A DNA stretch of 64,000 nucleotides from an uncultured Polyangiaceae bacterium (lineage in GTDB: Bacteria; Myxococcota_A; Polyangia; Polyangiales; Polyangiaceae). The translations under genes were made by a program, and so were the position numbers. The notes under the pieces are model-generated. The model was not told where the DNA came from and did not search any database. It saw nothing but the letters and a program-made list of their open reading frames with translations. Of the stretch, positions 1-9,747 are shown piece after piece. The stretch is taken from assembly GCA_964531095.1 (NCBI GenBank), contig CAZHED010000001.1:321996-385995 (forward strand), given 5' to 3'. Positions within the stretch are counted from its first letter, which is position 1, and every line of letters starts with the position of its first letter.

Positions 1-771
1 GCGTCGAAGCCCGTCCAAAGGCACGACGCGCACGGACTCGTTCGCGCCCGACCCGCTGCGCATCGCGATGGTGGCCGTTCGCTCGCCACGGGCCGGCACG
101 ACGTCCGCCGCGGACGTGACGCGGACCCCGTCGAAGCTCGTGATGACGTCGCCTCCCACCATCCCCGCGGCCTCCGCGCGCGACCCGGCTTTCACAGCCT
201 CGACCACCAGACCCGAGCCCCTGGCAGCGCCTTGCACCCCCATCCAGGCGAGCACGCGCTCTCCTTCCGGTTCGAGGTCGATCGTCGACCCGTTCGCGCT
301 CGGGCGAACGTCGAGCGTCACCCCGTGCAAGAGGCCGGCGAGAGGCGCTTCGCCCGGTGCCGCCGCCGCAAATGCGACCTCGACGTCGCCAGCGAACGTG
401 GTGTGTCTCGCGCGGTCGCCCGTGCCCGAGAAAAGAGCTTGGGTCGCCTCGTCGAACGCGAGCTCGACGCGTTCGGGATCGACCACCTTCGCCGACGCGA
501 CGATATCGGCGCCTACGAGCGGGCGCTCGCCCGAGCGGTGAAGGGTGCCGCGAAAGGTCACCCGCGCGGGCTTGCCCACGGCGAAGCCATCGCCCAGAAT
601 CGCGATTCGGTCGCCGACCTCGACTTCGCTCGGAACGACCTCACGCACCTGCAGGGGCTTGGTCTCGCCGTCCCTCGCGCTGGGTCTACCCCCGACGAAG
701 AGGCACGCCAAGGCGAGCGCGAGCAGGAGCGGCGCCTGCGCGCCGGCGCCGATTCTCCTCCGCCGGGGCAT
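1..771 (-). CDS. secreted PDZ-domain protein (partial; C-terminus lies beyond window start)
   Basis: ATG at 769-771 on the minus strand opens with a signal-like MPRRRRIGAGAQAPLLLALALACLF. My hand translation stays open for 257 codons down to base 1. The distal part reads GLVVEAVKAGSRAEAAGMVGGDVITSFDGVRV, which is PDZ-like. The gene is absent from the ORF track because it has no stop inside the window. Confidence 0.6.
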   Translation of the reverse strand, partial: MPRRRRIGAGAQAPLLLALALACLFVGGRPSARDGETKPLQVREVVPSEVEVGDRIAILGDGFAVGKPARVTFRGTLHRSGERPLVGADIVASAKVVDPERVELAFDEATQALFSGTGDRARHTTFAGDVEVAFAAAAPGEAPLAGLLHGVTLDVRPSANGSTIDLEPEGERVLAWMGVQGAARGSGLVVEAVKAGSRAEAAGMVGGDVITSFDGVRVTSAADVVPARGERTATIAMRSGSGANESVRVVPLDGLRR

Positions 772-867
772 TGTCAACACTTGGGGCCGCCGTTCATCGC
801 CTCGTTTTAGATCTGCGACCGCCCCGAGGTCGAATATCCTGCGGACCTCAAACCGGAGACCACACCC

Positions 868-2520
868 ATGAGCGCATTGACCCAGTCGCCTGCATGGCAA
901 GCCCTCGTGCGCCACCAAGCCGAGATCGACCGGGTGCATCTGCGCGATCTCTTCGCAGCCGATTCGCAGCGCTTCCAGCGATTCTCGATCGAGATTGGCG
1001 CGCTCCTTCTCGACTACTCGAAGCATCGGGCGACGCACGAAACGATGAAACTTCTCTTCGATCTCGCTCGGCAAGCCCAGGTCTTCGAGTGGCGCGACAA
1101 GATGATGTCTGGCGAGAAGATCAACCGGACCGAAGACCGCGCAGTTCTGCACGTGGCGCTGCGCAACCGCTCGAATCGCCCGATCCTCGTCGACGGCAAA
1201 GACGTGATGCCCGAGGTGAACGCCGTGCTCGCGAAGATGCGCGGGTTCACCGACGCGGTCCGCAGCGGCCAATGGCGCGGACACACCGGCGAGCGGATCA
1301 CCGACGTAGTGAACATCGGCATCGGCGGCAGCGACCTCGGGCCGACGATGGTGAGCCTAGCGCTAAAGCCGTATTGGCAGGACGGATTGCGCGCGCATTT
1401 CGTGTCGAACGTCGACGGAACCCAGTTGGCCGAGGTCTTGCGCGAGGTGTCGCCGGAGCGAACGCTCTTTGTCGTCGAGAGCAAGACGTTCACCACGCAA
1501 GAGACGTTGATGAACGCCCGCAGCGCGCGCGCGTGGCTCGTCGAGAAGCTCGCGAGCGAGACCGCGGTGCCGAAGCATTTCGTCGCCGTGTCGACGGCGA
1601 CCGAAGAGGTCAAGAAGTTCGGTATCGATCCCCAGAACATGTTCGTATTCTGGGATTGGGTCGGCGGCCGCTACTCGCTTTGGAGCGCGATCGGACTGCC
1701 GATCGCACTGATGATCGGCATGAACCGCTTCGAGGAGCTGCTCGCCGGTGGCCACGCGATGGACGAGCACTTCCGCACCGCGCCGATGGAGCAGAACGCG
1801 CCGGTGGTGATGGCGATGCTCGGCGTCTGGTACGCGAATTTCTTCGGGGCAGCGACGCACGCCATTCTTCCGTACGACCAGTACATGAGCCGCTTCGCCG
1901 CCTATTTTCAGCAAGGCGACATGGAGAGCAACGGCAAACGGGTCAATCGTTCGGGGCAGACGATCGACGACTATACGACGGGGCCGATCGTGTGGGGCGA
2001 GCCGGGCACCAACGGCCAGCACGCCTTCTACCAGTTGCTGCACCAGGGAACGCGCTTGGTGCCGGCCGATTTTCTCGCGCCGCTCGAGACGCACAACCCC
2101 CTCGGCAGGCACCACGAAGTGCTTCTAGCGAACCTCTTCGCACAGCCCGAGGCCCTGATGCGAGGCAAGACGCTGGACGAGGCGCGCGCCGAGCTGAAGG
2201 CACAGGGACTATCCCCCGAGCGCGTCGCCGAGCTCGCCGCGCACAAGACGTTCCCCGGCAATCGACCGACGAGCTCCATCGTGTTCCCCAAGCTGACGCC
2301 GGAGGCCCTGGGGATGCTGATAGCCCTTTATGAGCACAAGATCTTCGTGCAAGGGATCGTGTGGGACATTTTCAGCTTCGACCAGTGGGGAGTCGAGCTG
2401 GGCAAGCAGCTCGCGAAGAAGATCGAGCCGGAGCTCGAAGGCACGGGGATCGTGTCGTCGCACGACTCGTCCACGAACGCCCTGATCAATCGGTATAAGA
2501 AGCACCGCAGGCTTCGTTGA
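868..2520 (+). CDS. pgi: glucose-6-phosphate isomerase
   Basis: 550-aa ORF with an ATG start. PGI hallmarks are present along the whole length: [29 protein letters not shown] and [10 protein letters not shown]. Confidence 0.95.
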   Translation: MSALTQSPAWQALVRHQAEIDRVHLRDLFAADSQRFQRFSIEIGALLLDYSKHRATHETMKLLFDLARQAQVFEWRDKMMSGEKINRTEDRAVLHVALRNRSNRPILVDGKDVMPEVNAVLAKMRGFTDAVRSGQWRGHTGERITDVVNIGIGGSDLGPTMVSLALKPYWQDGLRAHFVSNVDGTQLAEVLREVSPERTLFVVESKTFTTQETLMNARSARAWLVEKLASETAVPKHFVAVSTATEEVKKFGIDPQNMFVFWDWVGGRYSLWSAIGLPIALMIGMNRFEELLAGGHAMDEHFRTAPMEQNAPVVMAMLGVWYANFFGAATHAILPYDQYMSRFAAYFQQGDMESNGKRVNRSGQTIDDYTTGPIVWGEPGTNGQHAFYQLLHQGTRLVPADFLAPLETHNPLGRHHEVLLANLFAQPEALMRGKTLDEARAELKAQGLSPERVAELAAHKTFPGNRPTSSIVFPKLTPEALGMLIALYEHKIFVQGIVWDIFSFDQWGVELGKQLAKKIEPELEGTGIVSSHDSSTNALINRYKKHRRLR

Positions 2521-2719
2521 TACGCTCGGCAGCGACGAACGCCCCCCCACCCCCCCTTGCCCGAGCGGGTCAATTGCGGCGGCCTCCGGCTAGGGCCAGG
2601 TCCTTTGCAAGGACGTGTGCCGCATCTATTCGAGGGTGTCACGCCAGCGCCAGCGCAGAGTCGGGCGGCGGTAAGGGGACCGCCCTCATCGCCCGAGCGC
2701 GCAGATTGCGGCCTCCGAC

Positions 2720-4444
2720 TCAGGGCACGGCGCCCACAGAGAGCTCCGTCGCCGCGGCCAACCCGCCGCTGGCGGCCGTCGCCTGGAGCTGAACGTAACG
2801 AGCCGCGACGGGACCGAACGTCGCGTGTTGCAGCCTCCCGTCGGCCGGCCAGGTGCCGGACGCGACCTGGCTGAATGTGGTGTTGTCGGTGCTGACGGAA
2901 ATCATGTACGAGGTGATCGCCCCGGTCGAGGTCGGGGCTGTGCCCGCATAAGGCGGCAGATACCCGAGAAAGCCGACGTCTCGTTCTACGGCGCCGAGGT
3001 CGATCGTGATCCACTGCGGAAGGCTCGCCGCGGACTGCCATACCGTGTGTACGCCGTAGTCGTTCAGACCGTCGATCGCGCTGGCGGCGGTCCCGCTCTT
3101 CGCCGTCGCGGCGACGGGCGTGTACGGATGATTGTTCTGAACGCCTTGGTCGGGTAGGGGCACCGCCGCGCCGGGCACCCACGCTTGTCCGACCATCGTG
3201 AGCGTGTCGACGATGCTCTGGTCGAGCAGGCCCTGACGATTGGGGGGACAATTCAGGATGAACGTCGTGTGCCGGGGGCCGAGCAAATCCAGGTGCCCCC
3301 CGACGATGGTCGCGACCGTCATCAAGCCGCCGATGTTCGGGGCCCAAAACCAGTCGTTGCCCCCGCTGCTGTTGATCTTGTTGCCCTGCGTCGCGGCCCA
3401 CGTGTTGTCGACCGGCGCGAACGTCCCCTTCGGTTCCTCGTACATGACCAAGTCTTCGTCGAACGGGCTTTGCAAACCGTTGTGGTCGACGATCATGATG
3501 TCCGGCTGCAAGCTCTTTACCAAGTCGTGGATCTGCTGAAAGGGGACCGCCTGGTGTCCCATCTTCCAGGCCCAGCCGTCGAAGACGATGAGCGGAATCG
3601 GGCCATAGTTCGTCAATAGCTCGGTAATCTGGGTCTTGAGATAAGTCATTTGCGCGGCGGTCACCGGCCCGTTGCCCACGCCTTCTGTATTGTCCCATAT
3701 CGAATAATAAAGAGCGGGCAGCAGGCCCGCTGCGCGAAACGCGTCGACATAGCTGCGAACGACGTCCCCCTTTCCACTCTGCCACGGGATGTGTCCGACG
3801 TTGAAGGCGCTCGCCGCGCTCGGCCACAGGGCAAAGCCGTCGTGGTGACGCGTCGTGAGGACGCCGAACTTCATCCCCGCCGCTTTGGCCGTCGCGGCCC
3901 ATTGCGTCGGATCGAGGCCGGTTGGGTCGAACTGCGTGATGTCGAGGTTGCCTTGGGCCCAGGACCCCGTGTACGTGAGGATTCCGAAGTGCAGGAACAT
4001 CCCGAAGCGCAGATCGACGATCCCCTGCTTCAAAGACTGAAGATTCGGTGCCGAGCCGGCGTCGCCGCCGGCGCCAGGGCCCGCTGACGAGCGGCCACTC
4101 GAGCTGTCGCCTCCGCCGTCGTCGTCACTTGCGACGCTTGCGCCGTCGCTTTCGCTTGCGCCGTCGCTGCCCGAGTCTTCGCTCCCGGTGCTGGACCCGC
4201 CGCTGCTGCTGGCCCCACCGTCGCTGGTCGCGCGGTCACCTCCCCCTCCGGAGCTGCCGCCGCTCGCGCGCTCGCCGCTGCTTCCGCTGCCCGTACTCGG
4301 GGCGCTCGCGTCGCCCGCTTCATTGACGGCGCCGTCTCCGGAAGCGTGTCCGTCCCCGTGCCTTGCAGTGGCCGAGTCGCCGGAGGTTGCGCAGGCCGCC
4401 GCTGCCCAGGCGCCCAAAAACGCGAAGACGAGACGTCGTGGCAT
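2720..4444 (-). CDS. alpha-L-fucosidase (GH29) lipoprotein with Ser/Gly linker and C-terminal F5/8 type C (discoidin/CBM32-like) domain
   Basis: Lipoprotein-type signal MPRRLVFAFLGAWAAAACA, followed by an S/G/D-rich linker of about 90 aa. GH29 motifs FGMFLHFG and TTRHHDGFALWPS are present. The C-terminal part (WITIDLG...ARYVQLQA) is typical of discoidin domains. Confidence 0.85.
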   Translation of the reverse strand: MPRRLVFAFLGAWAAAACATSGDSATARHGDGHASGDGAVNEAGDASAPSTGSGSSGERASGGSSGGGGDRATSDGGASSSGGSSTGSEDSGSDGASESDGASVASDDDGGGDSSSGRSSAGPGAGGDAGSAPNLQSLKQGIVDLRFGMFLHFGILTYTGSWAQGNLDITQFDPTGLDPTQWAATAKAAGMKFGVLTTRHHDGFALWPSAASAFNVGHIPWQSGKGDVVRSYVDAFRAAGLLPALYYSIWDNTEGVGNGPVTAAQMTYLKTQITELLTNYGPIPLIVFDGWAWKMGHQAVPFQQIHDLVKSLQPDIMIVDHNGLQSPFDEDLVMYEEPKGTFAPVDNTWAATQGNKINSSGGNDWFWAPNIGGLMTVATIVGGHLDLLGPRHTTFILNCPPNRQGLLDQSIVDTLTMVGQAWVPGAAVPLPDQGVQNNHPYTPVAATAKSGTAASAIDGLNDYGVHTVWQSAASLPQWITIDLGAVERDVGFLGYLPPYAGTAPTSTGAITSYMISVSTDNTTFSQVASGTWPADGRLQHATFGPVAARYVQLQATAASGGLAAATELSVGAVP

Positions 4445-4675
4445 CGTCGAATCCAGTGACGACGACGCGGAGATCAGCTCACGCGGGCCAAGTAGAGGAC
4501 TCCGTCGAACGCCGTCCGTGGCGTGGCTCGTCTCGAGTCATCTTGGAAAATTCCTCTACGAGCATCAGGCGACCGGCAAGCCTCGGTAAATGGAAGGAAT
4601 CCGAAACAAAAACCCTTTCAGAAATAGCGGGATAGCGCCTGCACGAACGACGCGCGACCTCGGCGAGGAGCTCCC

Positions 4676-5995
4676 ATGAGAATTGGACACGGCCTGGTCT
4701 GGCGCAATCAAATATGGGTTTCGGCCGCTCTGGCATGTCTCGCGTGCAGCGCGCCCAACGACTCGAGCCCCAAGCCCGGCGGCTCGGGTCAGCAATCGGG
4801 CGGCGGGCAGCCGAGCGGGTCGTCCGGGGCTTCCAGCTCGAGCGGCGGGGCGCCTGCCGGGCAAGGCGGGTCTGGATCCGGCGCTGCCCCGACAGGAGCC
4901 AGCTCGTCGGGCGGCGGCGCCCCTTCGTCGGGCGGGTCGTCTTCCGGTGGGTCGTCTTCGGGTGCCGCGTCGTCCGGAAGCTCCGGGGGCACGGTGCCGA
5001 CGGGCGCGAACCTGGACGCCGGGGTCGACGCGACGCGCAGCGTGGGAGTTTACACGAATCCGGATGGCAGCGCCGCCGGCTCGACGCCCGGCCTCACCGA
5101 TCCGGGCAGCACCGGTGACGGCGACTTCCAGATCATGACCTATCCGGTCGATCCGGCGCTGACTCCGGGGATGAGCCCCGCCGGGAAGCGATTCAACTTC
5201 AACCAGACGGGGAGCAAGCTTTTCCCGGGCACCGCTTCGCGCGCGATCACGGTCTACGTTCCGAACAAGTACGTCGACGGTACCGCCGCGCCCGTCATGG
5301 TCGTGATGGACGGCGCGGGAAGCCAGTTTCTCCGGGTACAGGCGGGGCTCGACAACCTGAGTCAATCGACCGATCCGACGCGCCGGGTGCCGCCGTTCAT
5401 CCTCGTGGCCGTCGCCTCCGGCCAGCGAAGCATCGAGCTCGACACGATGTCCGACCTCTGGGCGCGGTACATCGACGAAGAAGTCTTTCCCGCGGTCCTC
5501 TCGGACGCCGCCGTCAAGGCCGCCTATCCCAACATCGCGTTCACCAAGGATCCGGAGGGTCGCGGTGCCATCGGCTGCAGCTCGGGCGGGTCGGCCGCGA
5601 TGATCATGGCCTGGTTCAGGCCCGATTTGTTCCGCCGCGTCATCGGGTACGACGCTTCGCTCGTCGACTTGCAGTCATCCGCGATGTACCCCCTCGGGGC
5701 GTGGGACCTTCACTCCGATCTCGCGCTCATTCTCAACTCACCCATCGAGCCGATCCGGATCATGTTCGACGACAACGAGATGGACAACGGGGCGGGGACC
5801 GGCGAGGCGGGCGCCAAAGATTGGCTCCTCGCTGGACAGCGAACCGCGGCCGATCTCAAGATGATGGGCTACCACTACCGGTGGCTCGAGGGCATGGGGG
5901 CCAAGCACTGCAGCGACGCCCGGGTTCAGCAGACCAGCATGGGCGATTCGCTGGTCTGGGTATGGCGAGGGTATCCAGGGGGCGCCACGCCCTGA
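4676..5995 (+). CDS. secreted esterase-family alpha/beta hydrolase (putative esterase / esterase D-like) with Ser/Gly linker
   Basis: GAGGAG sits 5 nt before the ATG. The lipobox-like LACLACS is followed by a Ser/Gly linker of about 75 aa. The pattern VYVPNKY...APVMVVMDGAG and the nucleophile elbow GCSSGG are present. Confidence 0.7.
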   Translation: MRIGHGLVWRNQIWVSAALACLACSAPNDSSPKPGGSGQQSGGGQPSGSSGASSSSGGAPAGQGGSGSGAAPTGASSSGGGAPSSGGSSSGGSSSGAASSGSSGGTVPTGANLDAGVDATRSVGVYTNPDGSAAGSTPGLTDPGSTGDGDFQIMTYPVDPALTPGMSPAGKRFNFNQTGSKLFPGTASRAITVYVPNKYVDGTAAPVMVVMDGAGSQFLRVQAGLDNLSQSTDPTRRVPPFILVAVASGQRSIELDTMSDLWARYIDEEVFPAVLSDAAVKAAYPNIAFTKDPEGRGAIGCSSGGSAAMIMAWFRPDLFRRVIGYDASLVDLQSSAMYPLGAWDLHSDLALILNSPIEPIRIMFDDNEMDNGAGTGEAGAKDWLLAGQRTAADLKMMGYHYRWLEGMGAKHCSDARVQQTSMGDSLVWVWRGYPGGATP

Positions 5996-6084
5996 AACGC
6001 GGGCGCTCGACCGCAATTTGATGCGGGCGTCGACGCAGCAGCGGATCGATTGAGTCGGGCACGACGGATGCACCTACGCGCCTC

Positions 6085-7878
6085 GTGTCGTCGCGGATCG
6101 AGGACTACGCGCTCATCGGCGACTGCCAGACAGCCGCGCTCGTCTCTCGCAGCGGCTCGATCGACTGGCTGTGCTTGCCGCGCTTCGACTCCGAGTCGTG
6201 CTTTGCTGCGCTCCTCGGCGGGCCCGAGCACGGCCGGTGGCTTCTCGCGCCCCGCGGGGAGGTGAAGCGCGTCAGCCGCGCGTACCGCGACGGAACGCTG
6301 GTCCTCGACACGACCTTCGACGCCGACGGCGGATCGGTCCTCGTCACCGACTGCATGCCCGCGCGCGAAGTCGCGCCGCGCGTGGTCCGCATCGTTCGCG
6401 GCCTGCGCGGGCGCGTGGCGATGCGCACCGAAATCGTCGTCCGATTCGATCACGGCGCGGTCGTTCCATGGGTCCGCAAGGCCCACGACGGGATAGTCGC
6501 GATCGCAGGGCCCCATTTGCTGCGTATCCGGAGCGACGCCCCGCTGCGCGGCGAAGACTTGACGACCGTGTCCGACTTCGATGTTGCCGAAGGGCAGACC
6601 GTCGCGTTTTCGCTCACCTGGTCGCCGTCTCACCTCAAAGAGCCGAACGGCGTCGATGCTGCAGCGATGGTGGAGAACACCGAGGCGGTCTGGCGGCAAT
6701 GGGCGGCGCAGTGCACGTACGAGGGGCCGTGGCGTTCTGTGGTGCTCCGGTCGCTCGTGACTCTCAAAGCGCTGACCCACTCGGCGACGGGAGGGATCAT
6801 CGCGGCGCCGACCATGTCTTTGCCGGAGGCAGTCGGCAGCTCGCGCAACTGGGACTACCGGTATTGCTGGGTACGCGACGCGACGTTCACGCTGATCGCG
6901 CTCGTCGCCGGCGGCTATCGCGAGGAGGCCCGCCAGTGGCGCGAGTGGATGCTGCGCGCGGTCGCCGGCGAGCCTTCGGAGCTTCAGATCATGTACGCCC
7001 TCGACGGAGCGCGCAGGCTCCCCGAATGGGAGGTCGGCTGGCTCCCTGGCTACGAGGGGTCGCGGCCCGTGCGCGTCGGCAACGCCGCGTCCGGGCAGCG
7101 ACAGCTCGACGTCTACGGCGAGCTGCTGGACGCCATGTACCAGTGCCACCTCGTCGGACTCGCGCCCGATCCAGCCGCCTGGAAGCTCCAGCGCGCGCTC
7201 CTCGAGTACCTCGAGTCGTCCTGGGAGCGGCCCGACAGCGGCATCTGGGAGGTGCGCGGGCCCGAGCGCCAGTTCACACACTCCAAAGTCATGGCCTGGG
7301 TGGCGTTCGACCGCGGGGTCAAGACGATCGAACGGCTCGGAATGAAGGGGCCCGTGGAGCGTTGGCACGCGGCGCGCGAGCGCATTCATCGCGACGTCTG
7401 CTGCGAAGGCTACGACGACGCTCTGGGCGCGTTCGTGCACTCGTACGGATCGAAGCGGCTGGACGCGAGCCTCCTCTTGATTCCGCTCGTCGGTTTCTTG
7501 CCCCCGACCGACCCGCGGGTCCGCGGCACCGTGCGCGCCATCGAACGAGGACTGATGCAGAATGGCCTCGTGCGGCGCTACGAGCCGGAACGCTCGATCG
7601 ACGGGCTGCCTCCCCGCGAGGGGTCGTTCTTGGCTTGTAGCTTCTGGCTGGCGGACAACTGGGCCCTCGTCGGACGCCGCGCAGAGTCGTGCGCGATGTT
7701 CGAGCGCCTGATCGATCTCCGGAACGACGTGGGTCTGTTGTCGGAGGAGTACGACGCGGTCGCCGGCCGCTTCGTCGGCAACTTCCCGCAGGCCTTTTCG
7801 CACGTGGCCCTGCTGAACACGGCGCACAACCTCGCGCTCGCCGACAGTTGCATCGGCCGCCATGGCCGACAGACGTGA
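6085..7878 (+). CDS. glycoside hydrolase family 15 (glucoamylase/trehalase-like)
   Basis: 597-aa ORF with a GTG start. The N-terminus IEDYALIGDCQTAALVSRSGSIDWLCLPRFDS and the later RNWDYRYCWVRDA are characteristic of bacterial GH15 proteins. Confidence 0.85.
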   Translation: MSSRIEDYALIGDCQTAALVSRSGSIDWLCLPRFDSESCFAALLGGPEHGRWLLAPRGEVKRVSRAYRDGTLVLDTTFDADGGSVLVTDCMPAREVAPRVVRIVRGLRGRVAMRTEIVVRFDHGAVVPWVRKAHDGIVAIAGPHLLRIRSDAPLRGEDLTTVSDFDVAEGQTVAFSLTWSPSHLKEPNGVDAAAMVENTEAVWRQWAAQCTYEGPWRSVVLRSLVTLKALTHSATGGIIAAPTMSLPEAVGSSRNWDYRYCWVRDATFTLIALVAGGYREEARQWREWMLRAVAGEPSELQIMYALDGARRLPEWEVGWLPGYEGSRPVRVGNAASGQRQLDVYGELLDAMYQCHLVGLAPDPAAWKLQRALLEYLESSWERPDSGIWEVRGPERQFTHSKVMAWVAFDRGVKTIERLGMKGPVERWHAARERIHRDVCCEGYDDALGAFVHSYGSKRLDASLLLIPLVGFLPPTDPRVRGTVRAIERGLMQNGLVRRYEPERSIDGLPPREGSFLACSFWLADNWALVGRRAESCAMFERLIDLRNDVGLLSEEYDAVAGRFVGNFPQAFSHVALLNTAHNLALADSCIGRHGRQT

Positions 7879-7893
7879 GGCCGAGGGCGCAGC

Positions 7894-8514
7894 TCAGGGC
7901 ATGGCGAGGGGCGCGACGAGTGCGAGCTCCAGAATGGCTCCGGTCGGGATGCGCACTTCGCGCGGCTGCGTCGTTCCGTAACCGTAGGCCGACTGATAGC
8001 CGAACAAGTTGGCCGACGCAGTGCCCAGCCCACTGCCTTGACGGGCCGTGGCGTACGGCAGCCGGGGCGCGGCCTCGACGATCAGGGGGTCAGGCCCCGC
8101 CCACTCGTAGTACTGCGCCTCCCGCACCGCCGCCTCGACGGGAACCGGCCCCCGCACGGTGTCGATCGACTGCAAGGCGAAGCGAACGTTCGGAAGCTCG
8201 TCCGTTCCTACCGACGAGATCGTGCCCCGCAGCTTGGCCCCGTACGGCACGACGAGCTGCCCGCTCGAATCGACGAGCGGACTGACGACGGTCGCCGTGA
8301 ACGGGGCGCCTTGCGCCGAGAAATACGTGTCGATCGGCTGGTCCATTTTCACGGAGAACACGGCTCCGGCCTGGACGAAGGGCCCTGCGACGCTTGTGGC
8401 CGAGGCAGGGACGGGGTTCTGGGGACCGACGGTCGCGACCGGCGGCTGAAGTGCCATGGCGCAACCGAGAGGTGCGGTCGCGAACACGGCAAGGAGCAGG
8501 CGCGAGTTCATCAT
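7894..8514 (-). CDS. hypothetical secreted protein/lipoprotein
   Basis: This is the 3' part of ORF 7894..8763. The internal ATG-ATG at 8509-8514 gives MMNSRLLLAVFATAPLGCAMA, a signal/lipobox. I recognised no family. Confidence 0.5.
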   Translation of the reverse strand: MMNSRLLLAVFATAPLGCAMALQPPVATVGPQNPVPASATSVAGPFVQAGAVFSVKMDQPIDTYFSAQGAPFTATVVSPLVDSSGQLVVPYGAKLRGTISSVGTDELPNVRFALQSIDTVRGPVPVEAAVREAQYYEWAGPDPLIVEAAPRLPYATARQGSGLGTASANLFGYQSAYGYGTTQPREVRIPTGAILELALVAPLAMP

Positions 8515-8529
8515 GTCTACAGCGCAGCA

Positions 8530-9669
8530 ATGCCCATGCCGTACGCGCAGCACCCGCCGAGCGCCCGCGGAGCAGCGCTTGCGTGGGCGTCGGAGAGAAT
8601 GGACGAGATCCGCGCCACGATCGGGCCTCGGCGCCGCGCGCAGCGCTCGGCGCTCGCCGTTCTCATGGGGCTCTCCTTCGTCGTGGTCGCGTGGATGTCG
8701 GCGCCGCTCCTCGTCGGGCTGGCGCTCGGGACGGTGATGGCCTTCACGGCGCAGCCGCTGCACGCACGTCTCTCCGTGCGCATGGGTCAGCGGCGCGCGC
8801 TCGCCTCGGCGGCGACGACGTTGCTCGGCGGGTTGACGATTGCCGGCGGCGGCGCGCTCGTCTTCTGGATCGTCGGCCGCGAGCTCGGCGCCGCCGTGGG
8901 GCTCGTTCAGCGCGAGCTTCCCAGCGGCTTCGGGTCGCTGCTCGGACCGCGCGCGACGCGGCTGCTGGACTCGCTCGGCATCTCGCGCGAGGTTGTCGCG
9001 GCCAGGCTGCGCGACGAGCTCGGGCGCGCATCGGATCTCGTCGCGCGAGCGGCGGGTCTGGTGGTGCAGGCCTCCGCGGGCGTCGTTCTGACGATCGTCG
9101 TCGCTCTATGGACGATGTTTTACGTCCTGCGCGACTGGCCGCGCATCGCAAGTCACCTCGAGCGCCTGTTGCCGCTGCATCCTCGTCACACGCGCGCGCT
9201 GGTCGACGAGTTCCGCGACGTCGGCCGACAGGCCTTTGTTGGAACCGTTGCGAGCGCCGTCATTCAGGGAGCCCTGGCCGGAGCGGGGTTCGCGATCTTC
9301 GGCGTACCCCAGGCGATCGCTTGGGGGGCGCTGCTCGCGGTGCTCTCGTTCATTCCCGTGTTCGGCGCGCCGCTCGTCTGGGTTCCCGCCGCGCTCTGGC
9401 TGCTCACGACCGGGCATCTGGCGCGGGCGCTCCTGCTGACGGCGTGGAGCCTGCTGCTCGTCATGGCCCTGAACGACTACGTCGTCCGCCCCCGCTTCGT
9501 CGGACGGGGCGAAGGGCACCCGCTGCTCATGCTGGTAGCGCTCATCGGCGGTATTTCGGTGTTCGGAATCGCCGGGATCATCGTCGGGCCGGTCATCATG
9601 TCGCTCTTCGTGGCGACCGCGCACATCTACGAGCGCGAGCGCGAGACGGACCTGTCGGATTGCCGATAG
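8530..9669 (+). CDS. AI-2E family (PerM/UPF0118) transporter
   Basis: This is the 3' part of ORF 8038..9669, with an in-frame ATG at 8530. It is a polytopic membrane protein. The C-terminal FIPVFGAPLVWVPAALWLL...ALIGGISVFGIAGIIVGPV is typical of this family. The start choice is uncertain. Confidence 0.75.
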   Translation: MPMPYAQHPPSARGAALAWASERMDEIRATIGPRRRAQRSALAVLMGLSFVVVAWMSAPLLVGLALGTVMAFTAQPLHARLSVRMGQRRALASAATTLLGGLTIAGGGALVFWIVGRELGAAVGLVQRELPSGFGSLLGPRATRLLDSLGISREVVAARLRDELGRASDLVARAAGLVVQASAGVVLTIVVALWTMFYVLRDWPRIASHLERLLPLHPRHTRALVDEFRDVGRQAFVGTVASAVIQGALAGAGFAIFGVPQAIAWGALLAVLSFIPVFGAPLVWVPAALWLLTTGHLARALLLTAWSLLLVMALNDYVVRPRFVGRGEGHPLLMLVALIGGISVFGIAGIIVGPVIMSLFVATAHIYERERETDLSDCR

Positions 9670-9747
9670 AGCGGCTGCCCGTCCCGAATCGTCGGCCTTC
9701 CCGCGATCGACGTGGCGCGAGGCCTCGCGGCGCCCCCCCGGGCGACC

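Noticed and set aside
357-2333. 658-aa Arg/Pro-rich plus-strand ORF, plus other ORFs at 68-871
   Set aside because: It is out of frame with the clear pgi gene and antisense to the PDZ gene. Its Arg/Pro/Ala-rich composition is typical of wrong-frame translation in 70% GC DNA.
2542-2556. C7-A-C7 homopolymer tract as a phase-variation switch
   Set aside because: It lies between two convergent gene ends (pgi and GH29), so length changes would affect neither a reading frame nor a promoter.
5926-7863. 645-aa minus-strand ORF
   Set aside because: It is antisense to the well-supported GH15 gene, has no motifs and has an Arg-rich composition.
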